Of a stretch of DNA of 24,000 bases, positions 1 through 8,362 are shown in pieces (position 1 is the stretch's first letter; every line of letters starts with the position of its first letter). The DNA is taken from the sequence record NC_062759.1, one strand, 5' to 3'. The notes under the pieces were generated by a model, which made no database searches, had not been told where the DNA came from, and worked only from the letters and a program-made list of their open reading frames with translations. Position numbers and translations under genes: made by a program. The stretch is from Halorubrum tailed virus 25.

Positions 1-273
1 GCCGTCAACTCCGAAGCGGAGTACGTCGTCGGGCATGGTCATGGGGTCTTCGCTTACGAACGTGTCAATCGCCCCAGACTCCTTCTCGTGCCACGTCTTC
101 CAGCGGCCCCACGCTCCGAAGATTGTTCCGTCAATCATGTCGCGCCCGCCCTCGGCGTCGGCTATCATCAGGCGGTTTGGGGAGACCTCGGCAACGTCGG
201 CTACGTTAGTCAGACTCTCGATACCACTCTCTGTTTTGACGGCGACCTTCCCGCCGCTTTCAGTCTCGGTCAT
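1..273 (-). CDS. hypothetical protein, C-terminally truncated by the window edge (MTETESGGKVAVKTESGIESLTNVADVAEVSPNRLMIADAEGG...)
   Basis: Open minus-strand frame from ATG at 273 to the window edge, overlapping the end of the preceding small ORF. Confidence 0.6.
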   Translation of the reverse strand, partial: MTETESGGKVAVKTESGIESLTNVADVAEVSPNRLMIADAEGGRDMIDGTIFGAWGRWKTWHEKESGAIDTFVSEDPMTMPDDVLRFGVDG

Positions 274-376
274 GGGCCTTCTTCCAGCAGTCCGAACACA
301 TCGGGCCGTCGCTGGTGGAACGCATTTCTCCGAGGTTATACATCCGGCCGCAGTAGCCGGTACACCACGTATTCAT
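260..376 (-). CDS. 38-aa zinc-ribbon-like miniprotein (MNTWCTGYCGRMYNLGEMRSTSDGPMCSDCWKKAHDRD)
   Basis: Hand-translated, below the ORF-track cutoff; CxxxC...CxxC; start overlaps the upstream stop (TAATG). Confidence 0.55.
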   Translation of the reverse strand: MNTWCTGYCGRMYNLGEMRSTSDGPMCSDCWKKAHDRD

Positions 377-714
377 TAGTGGACCTTACTCGTCTCCGAA
401 ACGTCAAAGACGCCTTCTTTCCAATCCGGGTCGGTCAGGTGGTTCACGGCCTTGTCGTCTACGTACACGTCGGCCCCACCTTTCTCGCACTTGAGGCCGT
501 TATACGGAACGCCCCACATGGTCAGAAGGCCCGCTATGTGGCCCGCGTGATTCCACGGCCGGGCCGTCCAGACCACTATCTCTTCGTTCCGTTCCTCTTT
601 CAGCCAGCGAACGTATTCGACCATTTCCTCATTCGGGGTCTCGTCCCCGACCTTGTACGGGTCGCCGCTGTCGGCTGTAAGCGTGTTGTCGAAGTCTATT
701 GCTATCAGGCTCAT
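376..714 (-). CDS. HAD-superfamily phosphatase-like protein
   Basis: MSLIAIDFDNTLTAD (DxDxT motif I), VVWTARPW (motif II-like), YVDDKAVNH (acidic motif); start at ATG 714 in a TAATG overlap. Confidence 0.7.
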   Translation of the reverse strand: MSLIAIDFDNTLTADSGDPYKVGDETPNEEMVEYVRWLKEERNEEIVVWTARPWNHAGHIAGLLTMWGVPYNGLKCEKGGADVYVDDKAVNHLTDPDWKEGVFDVSETSKVH

Positions 715-1001
715 TAGTGTTGCCAGCAAGTGTCGTCCGGTTCGTCCACCTCGCGGGTACACGGCTTTCCGTCCGACTTTTCCTCGCCGCAGAACCACGT
801 CTGTTTAGACGCGGCTACTCCTTCGGATACTCCCTGAAAGGTGGACGGGGCGGGAGTCTTCTGTTCTTCAGCCAATTCCACAAGCGCCGTAACTTGTCTC
901 GCGCCTGCTCTCGGGCTATCAAGCACCGCAACCACGCGGCCTTCAACGTCAAAACCACCGTCGTCGTCAACAGCAAGAACGCGCCTTTCATACCGGGTCA
1001 T
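714..1001 (-). CDS. hypothetical protein with CxxxxxxxxxC/CxxxxxxxxxxC cysteines
   Basis: 95-aa ORF in a tightly packed operon. Confidence 0.6.
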   Translation of the reverse strand: MTRYERRVLAVDDDGGFDVEGRVVAVLDSPRAGARQVTALVELAEEQKTPAPSTFQGVSEGVAASKQTWFCGEEKSDGKPCTREVDEPDDTCWQH

Positions 1002-1291
1002 GGCTGACGAGAGAGGTTGTTGTCCCCCTTCTCGATTCGCCGGACCACGGTACGGACAAGCGCGGCGGTCTGCTCGATTTCCTCGGCGGTCTCGTCGTCG
1101 TCTTCAATCGCGGCTTCCACAAGAAGCTCGGCCGCCGTATCGCGGCCCCACTCCTTTGCCGCGTCCATAACGGTGTGGTACTGCTGGGCTTGCTGAATCG
1201 CGGTCTGTACTAACTGGTCGCGTTCTGGGTTCTCGGTCGGTTCGTCGTCTTCAAAGAAGTCGTCATTCTCCGGGGGTGGAACTTCAGTCAT
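998..1291 (-). CDS. hypothetical acidic protein
   Basis: 97-aa ORF; upstream leader ACCCAACCAGACATG. Confidence 0.65.
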   Translation of the reverse strand: MTEVPPPENDDFFEDDEPTENPERDQLVQTAIQQAQQYHTVMDAAKEWGRDTAAELLVEAAIEDDDETAEEIEQTAALVRTVVRRIEKGDNNLSRQP

Positions 1292-1318
1292 GTCTGGTTG
1301 GGTAGAAGGGGTGTTCGT

Positions 1319-1786
1319 CTACTGTACGTCGGGCTCGGCTCCAGCGAACGTGTTCTGGTTCATGGCCTGCTTACCAGAACCGTCGTCAAAGAACACGTAG
1401 TTCGCACTTCCGGCGGTCGGGCCCCCGGTGTGACCGGCGCTGTCGTTATCAGCAACCATCATCGGGGTCCGGTTCAGAACCATACCGCAGTCGTCGCAAA
1501 TCGTATCTCCATGGTCGTCTACCCACCCTTCTCCGCCGCACTCGTCGCACGTCGAGGTGGTGTGTTCGACCTTCTTCAAGAGCGTTGAACTTCCGTAGAC
1601 TCCGGGGTAGGTCTCCCACATGACCTGCTGTAGCTCGGCCAGCGGGAACCCGAGGCGGTCAACTTTCTCGGGATAAATGGGCTCCGGGACCGATTCCTCA
1701 TCGGCAGGAAGGGTGACCGAAACCGCTTCGGAAAGAACTTCAACTACTCGGCTGTTGTCGGCTCGCGTTTTCTCGGCGGTGGGCAT
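1319..1786 (-). CDS. TFIIB-type zinc-ribbon protein
   Basis: TCDECGGEGWVDDHGDTICDDCGMVLN resembles the archaeal TFB N-terminal ribbon; no cyclin repeats in this ORF; leader AAACCCAACCATATAAATG. Confidence 0.6.
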   Translation of the reverse strand: MPTAEKTRADNSRVVEVLSEAVSVTLPADEESVPEPIYPEKVDRLGFPLAELQQVMWETYPGVYGSSTLLKKVEHTTSTCDECGGEGWVDDHGDTICDDCGMVLNRTPMMVADNDSAGHTGGPTAGSANYVFFDDGSGKQAMNQNTFAGAEPDVQ

Positions 1787-1949
1787 TTATATGGTTGGGT
1801 TTGGTAGCCACTCGGCAGAAAAACGAAAACGGACAGAATACATAGATTATTCTGCCGTTAACGTCAATTGCGGCGGCACTTCTTTTGTTCGCGGTAGGCA
1901 ATCCATAATAGACACAGTTTTCTATATAACTGTATCTAATTTGAACGGT

Positions 1950-3163
1950 TTAGAAGTAAACGGGTTTTAGTTGGTCTACTGCTTCGTCGTCGGAAACGGT
2001 GTGACACCACGCTCCGGGACGGCCGGGGGCGATACCCAGCGAGTTTTCGTAGTCGCCAGCCGGGGCAAGTGTACCGCCCATCAGCACGGGGCGGCCCATT
2101 ACCGGCTCCCACTTTAGCTGGTGGTAGTGGCCCCAGTAGCCAACATCCCAGCCGCCGTCTCCGTTGCGGTCCATGCTCTCAAGAAGCCACGACTGCCACC
2201 GCTTCACGCCGCTGTTGGTGCCGATGTGGCTCAGAGCGTCTTGACCGTGCCTCATGTAGCCGCGGTGACCCCGCATTTGAAACTCTGTGTGGGTATCAAC
2301 GTGGTTCGTAATGAGGTTCACGTTGTCAACGTCGGACTCCGAAAGGGCGAGGTCGAGGGCGTCGTAGAACAGGTCGTCGGCGTTAGCCTCGTGTGACGCG
2401 CCCTTGGCTCGCAGTTCTCCGTGGTTACCGTGCTGACAAACAACCTGAACGGCCGGAAAAGCCGAGGCCAGCGTCTTGATAACGTCCATGTACGTCTTCG
2501 CCGCCATCCGGACTTGGCCCCGGAGCAACTGGTCGATGTAGTGCGGCTGGGAAGCAAAGATAGTCTCGTTCGTAACGTGGTCGCCGTTTAACAAGAGGTG
2601 AATCGTGTCGAACGTATAACCAGCGTCTTCGAGTGTCGCCTTCCAGCCGAGAATGGATTCCAAATGGTGGAAGACCCGCTCTCGGGCAATCTCCGAACTA
2701 AAGTTCGTCTCCACCGTACCGTCCGGCAGAACCTCGGTGTCTTCCTCCCCGAAGTGGTCGTCGGTGCGGAACATAACCATGTCCCGGTGACCCGGCCGGA
2801 CGGGCAACTCGGCCCGAACCGGCTCGGCGTCGGCAAGGCGTGTTCGAAGCTCCACCTCCAACTCCGAGAGGAAGTCGTTCGCGGTCTTCGTGATACTCTG
2901 CTTCTGGGCGGTCGGAACGCGGTGCGTCGTCGTCTCCGAAACCACGCCGCCATCGGCCATCAGCGGGGGTTCCGCGTCCATTCTTTCGTAGTCCCACGTC
3001 CCGTTGTCGGAAGAGAACTTGAACGTAGGGTCGCGCCGCTCGGCCCGCTTCAGCAGGTCGTAAACGCCGCTCGTGGATTCATAACCGAGAACATTCGCAA
3101 TCTCTTCCGCGGTCGCAGGCATGGCCTCAGCGGCCTTCCTCTGGTTGGGTGTAAGGTTAGTCA
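1950..3163 (-). CDS. HTH plus calcineurin-like metallophosphoesterase
   Basis: FRTDDHFGEED, LLNGDHVTNE, CQHGNHGE and GHYHQLKW motifs; N-terminal HTH-like TAEEIANVLGYESTSGVYDLLKRAE. Start taken as MTNLTPNQ (3163) rather than the track start at 3290. Confidence 0.75.
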
Positions 3164-3258
3164 TGTTTGTAGGCAAACCGCAAACGCAGGCAGGAACAGA
3201 ACGTAGCCGTCGCTCGGCTATCGTCTCCACCCACTTATTCTCAGGTAGTATATTAAAA

Positions 3259-4476
3259 CTACCGGTTCGTGTCAACTTCTTGAGCGTCAACCCATATCTT
3301 ACAGCCGCCGTGTAAACAGAATTGGTCGGCCTGTCGCCAAACCTTCTCGCAGGTCACGGCGTTGTAATCGCGGGATATGTACTGCTCAATCCGCTCCCGA
3401 GTGTATTCTTCGTCAGCCCTCGGGTGCTGATTTAGGAAGTCTATCATCGTCTGGATGGGGACTCCCTTTTCCATCATTTCGGTCACGGCCTTCATTTCCA
3501 TCATGTGAGAGGCCGCACGGTGCGAGAACGCGTCGTCGCGCTCCGGAAACTCCACGACGCACGGCCGGTCGCTTAGGACGAACGGTATGTCGTCAACGGT
3601 TATGGAGTCGTTAGCGCGGTCTTCATACGCTTGTATCCGAGACCGGTTCACGGTCGAACCCGACGATGTAGACCGGGCGGTAGTCGGAGCCGTCCGGATT
3701 CGCTGGGTCAACACCTCCCCGGCTTTCTCGTTCGGCGTGGCGTACATGGCCTTGGTGACCGGCCGCCGGGAGCGGGTCAACTCTATGTAGTCGGCCGGAC
3801 CAATCTCGGCCAACTCCTTGAGCGAGACCGGGACACAGAAGCGGTCTTCTCCGAACGCTTTCGACGCCCCGAGGTGCTTCGTGTTCGGAACGCGCCTCAT
3901 TCGGCCCAAGTCGGCCGAGTCAACGTCAACCCACTTGTCGAGGTCGTCCAGCCCGGTCGCGTCTTTGAGGTACTCCACGATTGAGTCGGCGTAAGAGGCC
4001 ATGCCGTTCTTGAACTGGTCGAAATCGCCGTTCGACGGCTCTACGGTAGGGAACACCAAGTCTATGTGTACCCCCTTGTGTCCCGATAACACGACCTGCC
4101 AGCAATCGGGATTCTCCGATTTCAGCAGGAAGCGGGCTACCTTCCGGGTCCGAACCAGCAGTCGGCTCATGTCTCTCGCCCAAGCGTCGGCGTGGTTCCC
4201 GCCGCTACGGTACTCGTCCGTGTCGGGAATGTCGAAGTCAAAGAACAGCCGGTCAATCCGGGGTATGTTCCCGTCTTTCGTGTGCCCGTTCGGGAAGCTA
4301 TACGTGCTGATGAACGGCCAGTTGTCCGGGCTTTCCTCGGCGTCCAAGACCAGTTCCACGGCCTCGGGAATCGAGGTTGCCCAACGTTGGTACTTCGTCG
4401 CTCGTCTGGGGTAAGTTGGGGCCCACGCCCGGAGCGCGTCTTCTACGGATTCAGTTGGATACGCGTTGTCACTCAT
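3259..4476 (-). CDS. archaeo-eukaryotic primase (PriS-like) superfamily protein
   Basis: DRLFFDFDIPD, SGHKGVHIDLVFP, VDSADLGRMRRVPNTKH motifs. Confidence 0.75.
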   Translation of the reverse strand: MSDNAYPTESVEDALRAWAPTYPRRATKYQRWATSIPEAVELVLDAEESPDNWPFISTYSFPNGHTKDGNIPRIDRLFFDFDIPDTDEYRSGGNHADAWARDMSRLLVRTRKVARFLLKSENPDCWQVVLSGHKGVHIDLVFPTVEPSNGDFDQFKNGMASYADSIVEYLKDATGLDDLDKWVDVDSADLGRMRRVPNTKHLGASKAFGEDRFCVPVSLKELAEIGPADYIELTRSRRPVTKAMYATPNEKAGEVLTQRIRTAPTTARSTSSGSTVNRSRIQAYEDRANDSITVDDIPFVLSDRPCVVEFPERDDAFSHRAASHMMEMKAVTEMMEKGVPIQTMIDFLNQHPRADEEYTRERIEQYISRDYNAVTCEKVWRQADQFCLHGGCKIWVDAQEVDTNR

Positions 4477-4654
4477 TTTCGTGTTCGCTCTCGGCCACCT
4501 CCAACCAGCGTTCCTCCTGTTCTAACTGCTTCATGCGGTACTCGTGGTCGAGCTTTGCTTGTCGGCGTTTGACCCCTTGCCGGTAGTCGAGTACGGCGAG
4601 AACGAGGAGGCCGAGTATTACCAGCGCCGCTACGTACAACAGGATAGCCAGCAT
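4469..4654 (-). CDS. small single-span membrane protein with charged C-terminal helix
   Basis: MLAILLYVAALVILGLLVLAVLDYRQGVKRRQAKLDHEY...; overlaps neighbouring genes by a few nt. Confidence 0.6.
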   Translation of the reverse strand: MLAILLYVAALVILGLLVLAVLDYRQGVKRRQAKLDHEYRMKQLEQEERWLEVAESEHENE

Positions 4655-6159
4655 TAGGCCAGCGTTCCTTGGGTCGCCGCGTCGGTCTCCGGCTCGTCGT
4701 CGCCGTCGTCTCCGTCGTCGGAGCCCGTGTAGAACGGGTCGTCGGAGAAAATGTCGGCCACGTCTTCGGTCGCCTCGTTCACCGCGTCCTGAAGCGCGTT
4801 GTCTTCGGTAATGTCCACCTCTTCCCCGGTGTATGGGTCGATAGCGAACAGGCCGTTGCCCTCGCAGTACCGGGACACATAGGCGTCGGCTACTTCCTCC
4901 GGGACGCCGGAGATTTCGTAGACGCCCTCCTTGGCGGCCTCCACGACCTCGCTGTAGTCGAGCCCGACCTTGTGGGTCGTAATCGAAGCGAACTCCGAGA
5001 GCGTGTACGTGTTGGCCGAGCCGCTGTCGCTTGCGACCCGGACGTAGCCACGCTCAATCATGGACTTCAACGACCGCTCAACGTCGCGGGACTGGATGTT
5101 GTAGCCAGCGCCGCGAAGGTCTTGCTGAATGTCTCGCTTCGTCGGCGTCTCGTTCGTCTCCCGGAGGTAGCGGAGAATTGCTTGGTCTTCGTCGGTGAGG
5201 TTCAGCGCCGACATGACCATGTTCTCGCCGAGAATCTTCATGGTGTACCACACGTCGGTCGGCGTCGTCAACATCTTGAGGCCGCGCCCGGTGTCAACCG
5301 TGAACCGATTGACGTGGCGAATGAGCGTGACCGTCTCGATGAAGCCGAGGAGCTTGTCGCCGTCGAAGCGGGCTTCCGCAAACTCGGTGGGAAGCGGCTT
5401 CTGGTCGATGATGTTCACCGACATGGCGTTCACGACCTTGTTGTTCGGGTGTTCGTTGAAGTCGTCCACGGGGATGTTCCCCATGTACTCCCGAATCCGG
5501 GCGGCGTCCACCGGGGACACGTTCCGCTCAACTCGGTCGGCGTGTTCGAGGGCCTTCCGGCGAAGGATAGCCTCGGTCTGGCTCTTGGAGCCGTCAACGC
5601 CCTTCATAAACGCCCGCTTCTGGAACTCCGGCCAGTCGTTCAGGTCGAAGTTGCGGTTGTCCGTGGCGATAGACGCGAACACCGTGCGGGGCGGCTCAAG
5701 TTTCTGGACCTGAACCTTGTCGTCTTCCCCGCGGTTCATGTCGGTGTACTTCCGGCGGGCCGGTTTGCCTTCGCCCCACGGCTTCGCAATCTTCTCGGTG
5801 TTCTCGTCCATGCGGGCAAGGTCACCGAGGTAGTGAACGTCGTACTGGTTCAGGCGGTCGGCGTCGTAATAGTTCGCCGTGTCGCTGTCCGAGCCGGACG
5901 ACCACTCGTAGGAGTAGTCCGGGGGGAACAGCTTCAGCGCCCGCTCGATGACCCAATCCTTCCCGCCGCGAGAGATACCGTACAGGATGACCAGCCCGCC
6001 ACGAACGGCGGCGACGGTCACGGTGAGAAGCGTGTCTTCTTCGCCGACGAGTCCTTCGTCTCTCGCTAACTGGAGCAGTTCGAAGAACGACGGCGGCTGT
6101 TCGGTCTCGTCGGGGTTAACGACGAGCGATTCCACTACGGTTGGGTTTAGTCCTGACAT
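4654..6159 (-). CDS. P-loop ATPase (helicase-like) with C-terminal winged-helix region
   Basis: Walker-A-like LYGISRGGKDWV; HTH-like C-terminal part (LRYLRETNETPTKRDIQQDLRGAGYNIQSRDVERSLKSMIERGYV). Start at 6159 supported by leader ACCCAACCAATG. Confidence 0.65.
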   Translation of the reverse strand: MSGLNPTVVESLVVNPDETEQPPSFFELLQLARDEGLVGEEDTLLTVTVAAVRGGLVILYGISRGGKDWVIERALKLFPPDYSYEWSSGSDSDTANYYDADRLNQYDVHYLGDLARMDENTEKIAKPWGEGKPARRKYTDMNRGEDDKVQVQKLEPPRTVFASIATDNRNFDLNDWPEFQKRAFMKGVDGSKSQTEAILRRKALEHADRVERNVSPVDAARIREYMGNIPVDDFNEHPNNKVVNAMSVNIIDQKPLPTEFAEARFDGDKLLGFIETVTLIRHVNRFTVDTGRGLKMLTTPTDVWYTMKILGENMVMSALNLTDEDQAILRYLRETNETPTKRDIQQDLRGAGYNIQSRDVERSLKSMIERGYVRVASDSGSANTYTLSEFASITTHKVGLDYSEVVEAAKEGVYEISGVPEEVADAYVSRYCEGNGLFAIDPYTGEEVDITEDNALQDAVNEATEDVADIFSDDPFYTGSDDGDDGDDEPETDAATQGTLA

Positions 6160-6186
6160 TGGTTGGGTAGTCGTTCGCAAATGTAT

Positions 6187-6228
6187 CGCCGCCCCTTTCA
6201 TGGATTTTCACACTACGGGCGGGAGGCG
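6187..6228 (-). promoter_or_regulatory. copy 1 of covarying-arm intergenic element
   Basis: CCGCCC-ctttcatggattttcacactac-GGGCGG: conserved TTTCAT...TTTCA core with its own arm sequences. Confidence 0.55.
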
Positions 6229-6293
6229 TTAGAAGTCAAACATAACGAAAAGGAAATAGAGAAGAAGAAGACCGATAATTAAATCCGGGCCGC

Positions 6294-6608
6294 TCATGCC
6301 TGTTCGACAAGTCCCTCGGCGATAGCGGAGATAGTATCGTCGTCCAGAACCTCGGTCTGTTCACGGATAACCGCCTTCACTTTGGGGACGGACGGCCCGA
6401 CTTCCACCAGCTTCTTGCGGGCGATTCGCTCGGCCAACTCTCGTTCGACCATCGCCTGAACGGACTCTTGGCCCTGCTGGTAGACCTGATACGGGTCGTC
6501 GTCCGGTTTCAGCGAGAAGGCGGCTACCGCACCGACCGTGATTGGTTCGAATTTTTGTAACTGAACTTTTCGGTCGTAACTGATTTCGATGTTGTCTAAG
6601 GTTGCCAT
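6294..6608 (-). CDS. hypothetical protein
   Basis: 104-aa ORF with GAACCCAAC leader. Confidence 0.65.
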   Translation of the reverse strand: MATLDNIEISYDRKVQLQKFEPITVGAVAAFSLKPDDDPYQVYQQGQESVQAMVERELAERIARKKLVEVGPSVPKVKAVIREQTEVLDDDTISAIAEGLVEQA

Positions 6609-6631
6609 AGTGTGTTGGGTTCGATGTGTCG

Positions 6632-6675
6632 CTTCCCGCCGCTCTCGGTTTCATATCATTTTCAAACTCGGGAAG
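6632..6675 (-). promoter_or_regulatory. copy 2 of covarying-arm intergenic element
   Basis: CTTCCCG...CGGGAAG arms around ggtttcatatcattttcaaac. Confidence 0.65.
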
Positions 6676-6688
6676 GGGCGTTCGGAAT

Positions 6689-7675
6689 CTACTCGGCCAC
6701 TTCGTCCAGCACCGCGTCTTCGCCGCCGAAGTCGGAAACCATGTCGGCGGTGAGGTCGTTGCCGTCGTCGGCCATCAGGTCGCCGAGCAGGGTCGCCGCG
6801 CGGTCCCGGTCGGTGAACCCGAGACTGTCGCACGTCGAGATGAAGTCGCTAATCGGCTCCGGGATAGCCGCCGCGGCCGGGCCCCCGTTCTCGCCGCTCT
6901 CGTCGTCGCTGTCGCCGTCCAGCGTCCCGGAGGTGTCACCGCCCTCGGTGTCGGTCGCGTTCGCCACGGTGACCTGTGCGCCGGTCTGGGCGTCCACCAC
7001 AATCGGGTGGTGGTACTGCCGGTCGCTCTGGTTCGACTGCTTCTTGACCTCAAAGAACGCAAACCGGCGGCCGTCGAGGTCGTCGCGGAGAACGTTCTGG
7101 GCCGAGGTGTCACGGAGCCAGCCCTTGATGTACTTCTCCGCCGGGCTGTCTTCCTCGGGAATCACCATATCGCGGCCCAGCTTGGTGAGAATCTTGGCGA
7201 GCGTCTTGGAAGCCGACTTCGGGCCGTACTCGTCGGAGCCGGAGTACCACATGATAGCGTTGCCAATCTCCACCGGCTCGTCCTTCTCGGGAACGACGGC
7301 CTCGACCAGCTCGTACCGCTTTTCGGTCGTGCCGTAGTTCTTCACGAGGTACTGGTTCGCTTGGTCGGCGGTCAGGTCGTCGGCCTCGTCGGGCGCGATA
7401 CCCACAACGTCCTTCCACGGGAAGACCTTGTGCTTGCCCTTGTCGGGGTCGTAGTAGAGGCACCCGTCAACCAGTTCCACGTTCTCCCACGAGAGACCGA
7501 GGGACTGGCCGAAGGAGTTGTCGTTGCCGAACACTTTCACAAGGTCGCCCTCGATAGCCGCGTGGGGAACCATCGTGAGGTTCAGGTCGTCGCCGCCGGA
7601 GCCGCCGGAGGAGCCGGAGGAGGAGCCGCTGTTGTCGTTGTCGTTGCTCGCGTAGCTTGAGTAGTCGTAGCTCAT
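6689..7675 (-). CDS. hypothetical acidic protein, possible single-stranded DNA-binding-like role
   Basis: 328-aa ORF, Ser/Gly/Asn-rich N-terminus; leader AACAACCCAACCAATATG; function is only a guess. Confidence 0.7.
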   Translation of the reverse strand: MSYDYSSYASNDNDNSGSSSGSSGGSGGDDLNLTMVPHAAIEGDLVKVFGNDNSFGQSLGLSWENVELVDGCLYYDPDKGKHKVFPWKDVVGIAPDEADDLTADQANQYLVKNYGTTEKRYELVEAVVPEKDEPVEIGNAIMWYSGSDEYGPKSASKTLAKILTKLGRDMVIPEEDSPAEKYIKGWLRDTSAQNVLRDDLDGRRFAFFEVKKQSNQSDRQYHHPIVVDAQTGAQVTVANATDTEGGDTSGTLDGDSDDESGENGGPAAAAIPEPISDFISTCDSLGFTDRDRAATLLGDLMADDGNDLTADMVSDFGGEDAVLDEVAE

Positions 7676-7757
7676 ATTGGTTGGGTTGTTGGGTTTGGTC
7701 GTCTTGCGATTCTGCTCTCGGTGGGGCTGTTGGTATGCTGTTAAACAGTCACCTCAA

Positions 7758-7838
7758 TGCTCCCGGTGGGAATTGAACCACACCCTAACCCCACCCACGC
7801 CCATCGAGGGGCATGGTCGTGGGGCCGCCATTGGGAGC
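7758..7838 (-). tRNA. tRNA-like RNA (acceptor- and T-arm-like), probably degenerate
   Basis: Sense GCTCCC...GGGAGC(A) closing stem, TTCAATT T-loop-like heptamer, internal CCACG...CGTGG and CCAT...ATGG arms; canonical cloverleaf not resolved. Confidence 0.35.
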
Positions 7839-7905
7839 TAAATGCGGCGAGAACGCTACTCGCCGTACTTTCTCTCACACACTTTACACCGACACAGCGG
7901 GCCGT

Positions 7906-7927
7906 GTCCCGGCCCCGGAGCCGGGAC
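7906..7927. other. strong hairpin GTCCCGGC-CCCGGA-GCCGGGAC
   Basis: Perfect 8-bp inverted repeat with 6-nt loop between two tRNA-like elements. Confidence 0.6.
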
Positions 7928-7964
7928 AGGATATGGAAAATTGGTGGTTTGGTTCATGCCGAAG

Positions 7965-8069
7965 TGGACCGAGCAGGATTCGAACCTGCGTCTGGACATA
8001 GTTCTGTCTCAAGCCGGGCTTTTCATCCCGAACCCGTGCCCCGTGTTGGGCCGCTATCACTATCAGTCC
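7965..8069 (-). tRNA. tRNA-like RNA, about 105 nt, possible intron or expanded arm
   Basis: Sense GGACTGA/TCGGTCC 7-bp acceptor plus A73; perfect T-arm GCAGG-TTCGAAT-CCTGC; D-arm-like GTG...AGCGG...CAC; anticodon arm ambiguous. Confidence 0.55.
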
Positions 8070-8072
8070 TTT

Positions 8073-8097
8073 CAGCCCGGTTGATTAAGCCGGGCTG
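8073..8097. other. hairpin CAGCCCGG-TTGATTAAG-CCGGGCTG
   Basis: Perfect 8-bp inverted repeat between tRNA-like elements. Confidence 0.6.
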
Positions 8098-8191
8098 TCT
8101 CCGTAGTAGAGAAACCCACGTAGCGTAGCGTAGTACCTTGCCAAATGCGGCTTACATCACTTCAAGAGATTCCGCCCCTCTTAGGCGGAAG

Positions 8192-8260
8192 TCTGGGCAG
8201 ACGGAATCGAACCGCCCTCACCGGGTCTACAGCCCGGCCGCTCTCCTTGAACATACCCAG
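8192..8260 (-). tRNA. tRNA-Tyr(GUA)-like with shortened D-arm
   Basis: Sense CTGGGTA T GTTC-AAGGA-GAGC GG CCGGG-CTGTAGA-CCCGG TGAG GGCGG-TTCGATT-CCGTC TGCCCAG A; GUA anticodon, 7-bp acceptor, C1:G72 and A73 as in archaeal tRNA-Tyr. Confidence 0.7.
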
Positions 8261-8301
8261 CAAAAGGAGACGACGTAGCCCCACCGAGCCCTCGTCGCTT
8301 G

Positions 8302-8338
8302 TCTCCACCCACTTATTCTCAGGGAGGGTAATAAAGCT
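8302..8338 (-). promoter_or_regulatory. putative promoter/leader for the tRNA-like cluster
   Basis: Sense GCTTTATTAC TATA-like box followed by TGAGAATAAGTGGGTGGAGA, a block shared with 3224-3240 and 8903-8919. Confidence 0.55.
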
Positions 8339-8362
8339 ATGTGTTCAGGCAGTAAACCGACG

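Noticed and set aside
4669-6069. 466-aa plus-strand ORF opposite the ATPase gene
   Set aside because: Shadow ORF of the GC-rich minus-strand gene: Val/Arg/His-rich and lacking the acidic composition of the real genes
6626-7660. 344-aa plus-strand ORF
   Set aside because: Antisense shadow of the 6689-7675 gene with VVVV-rich translation
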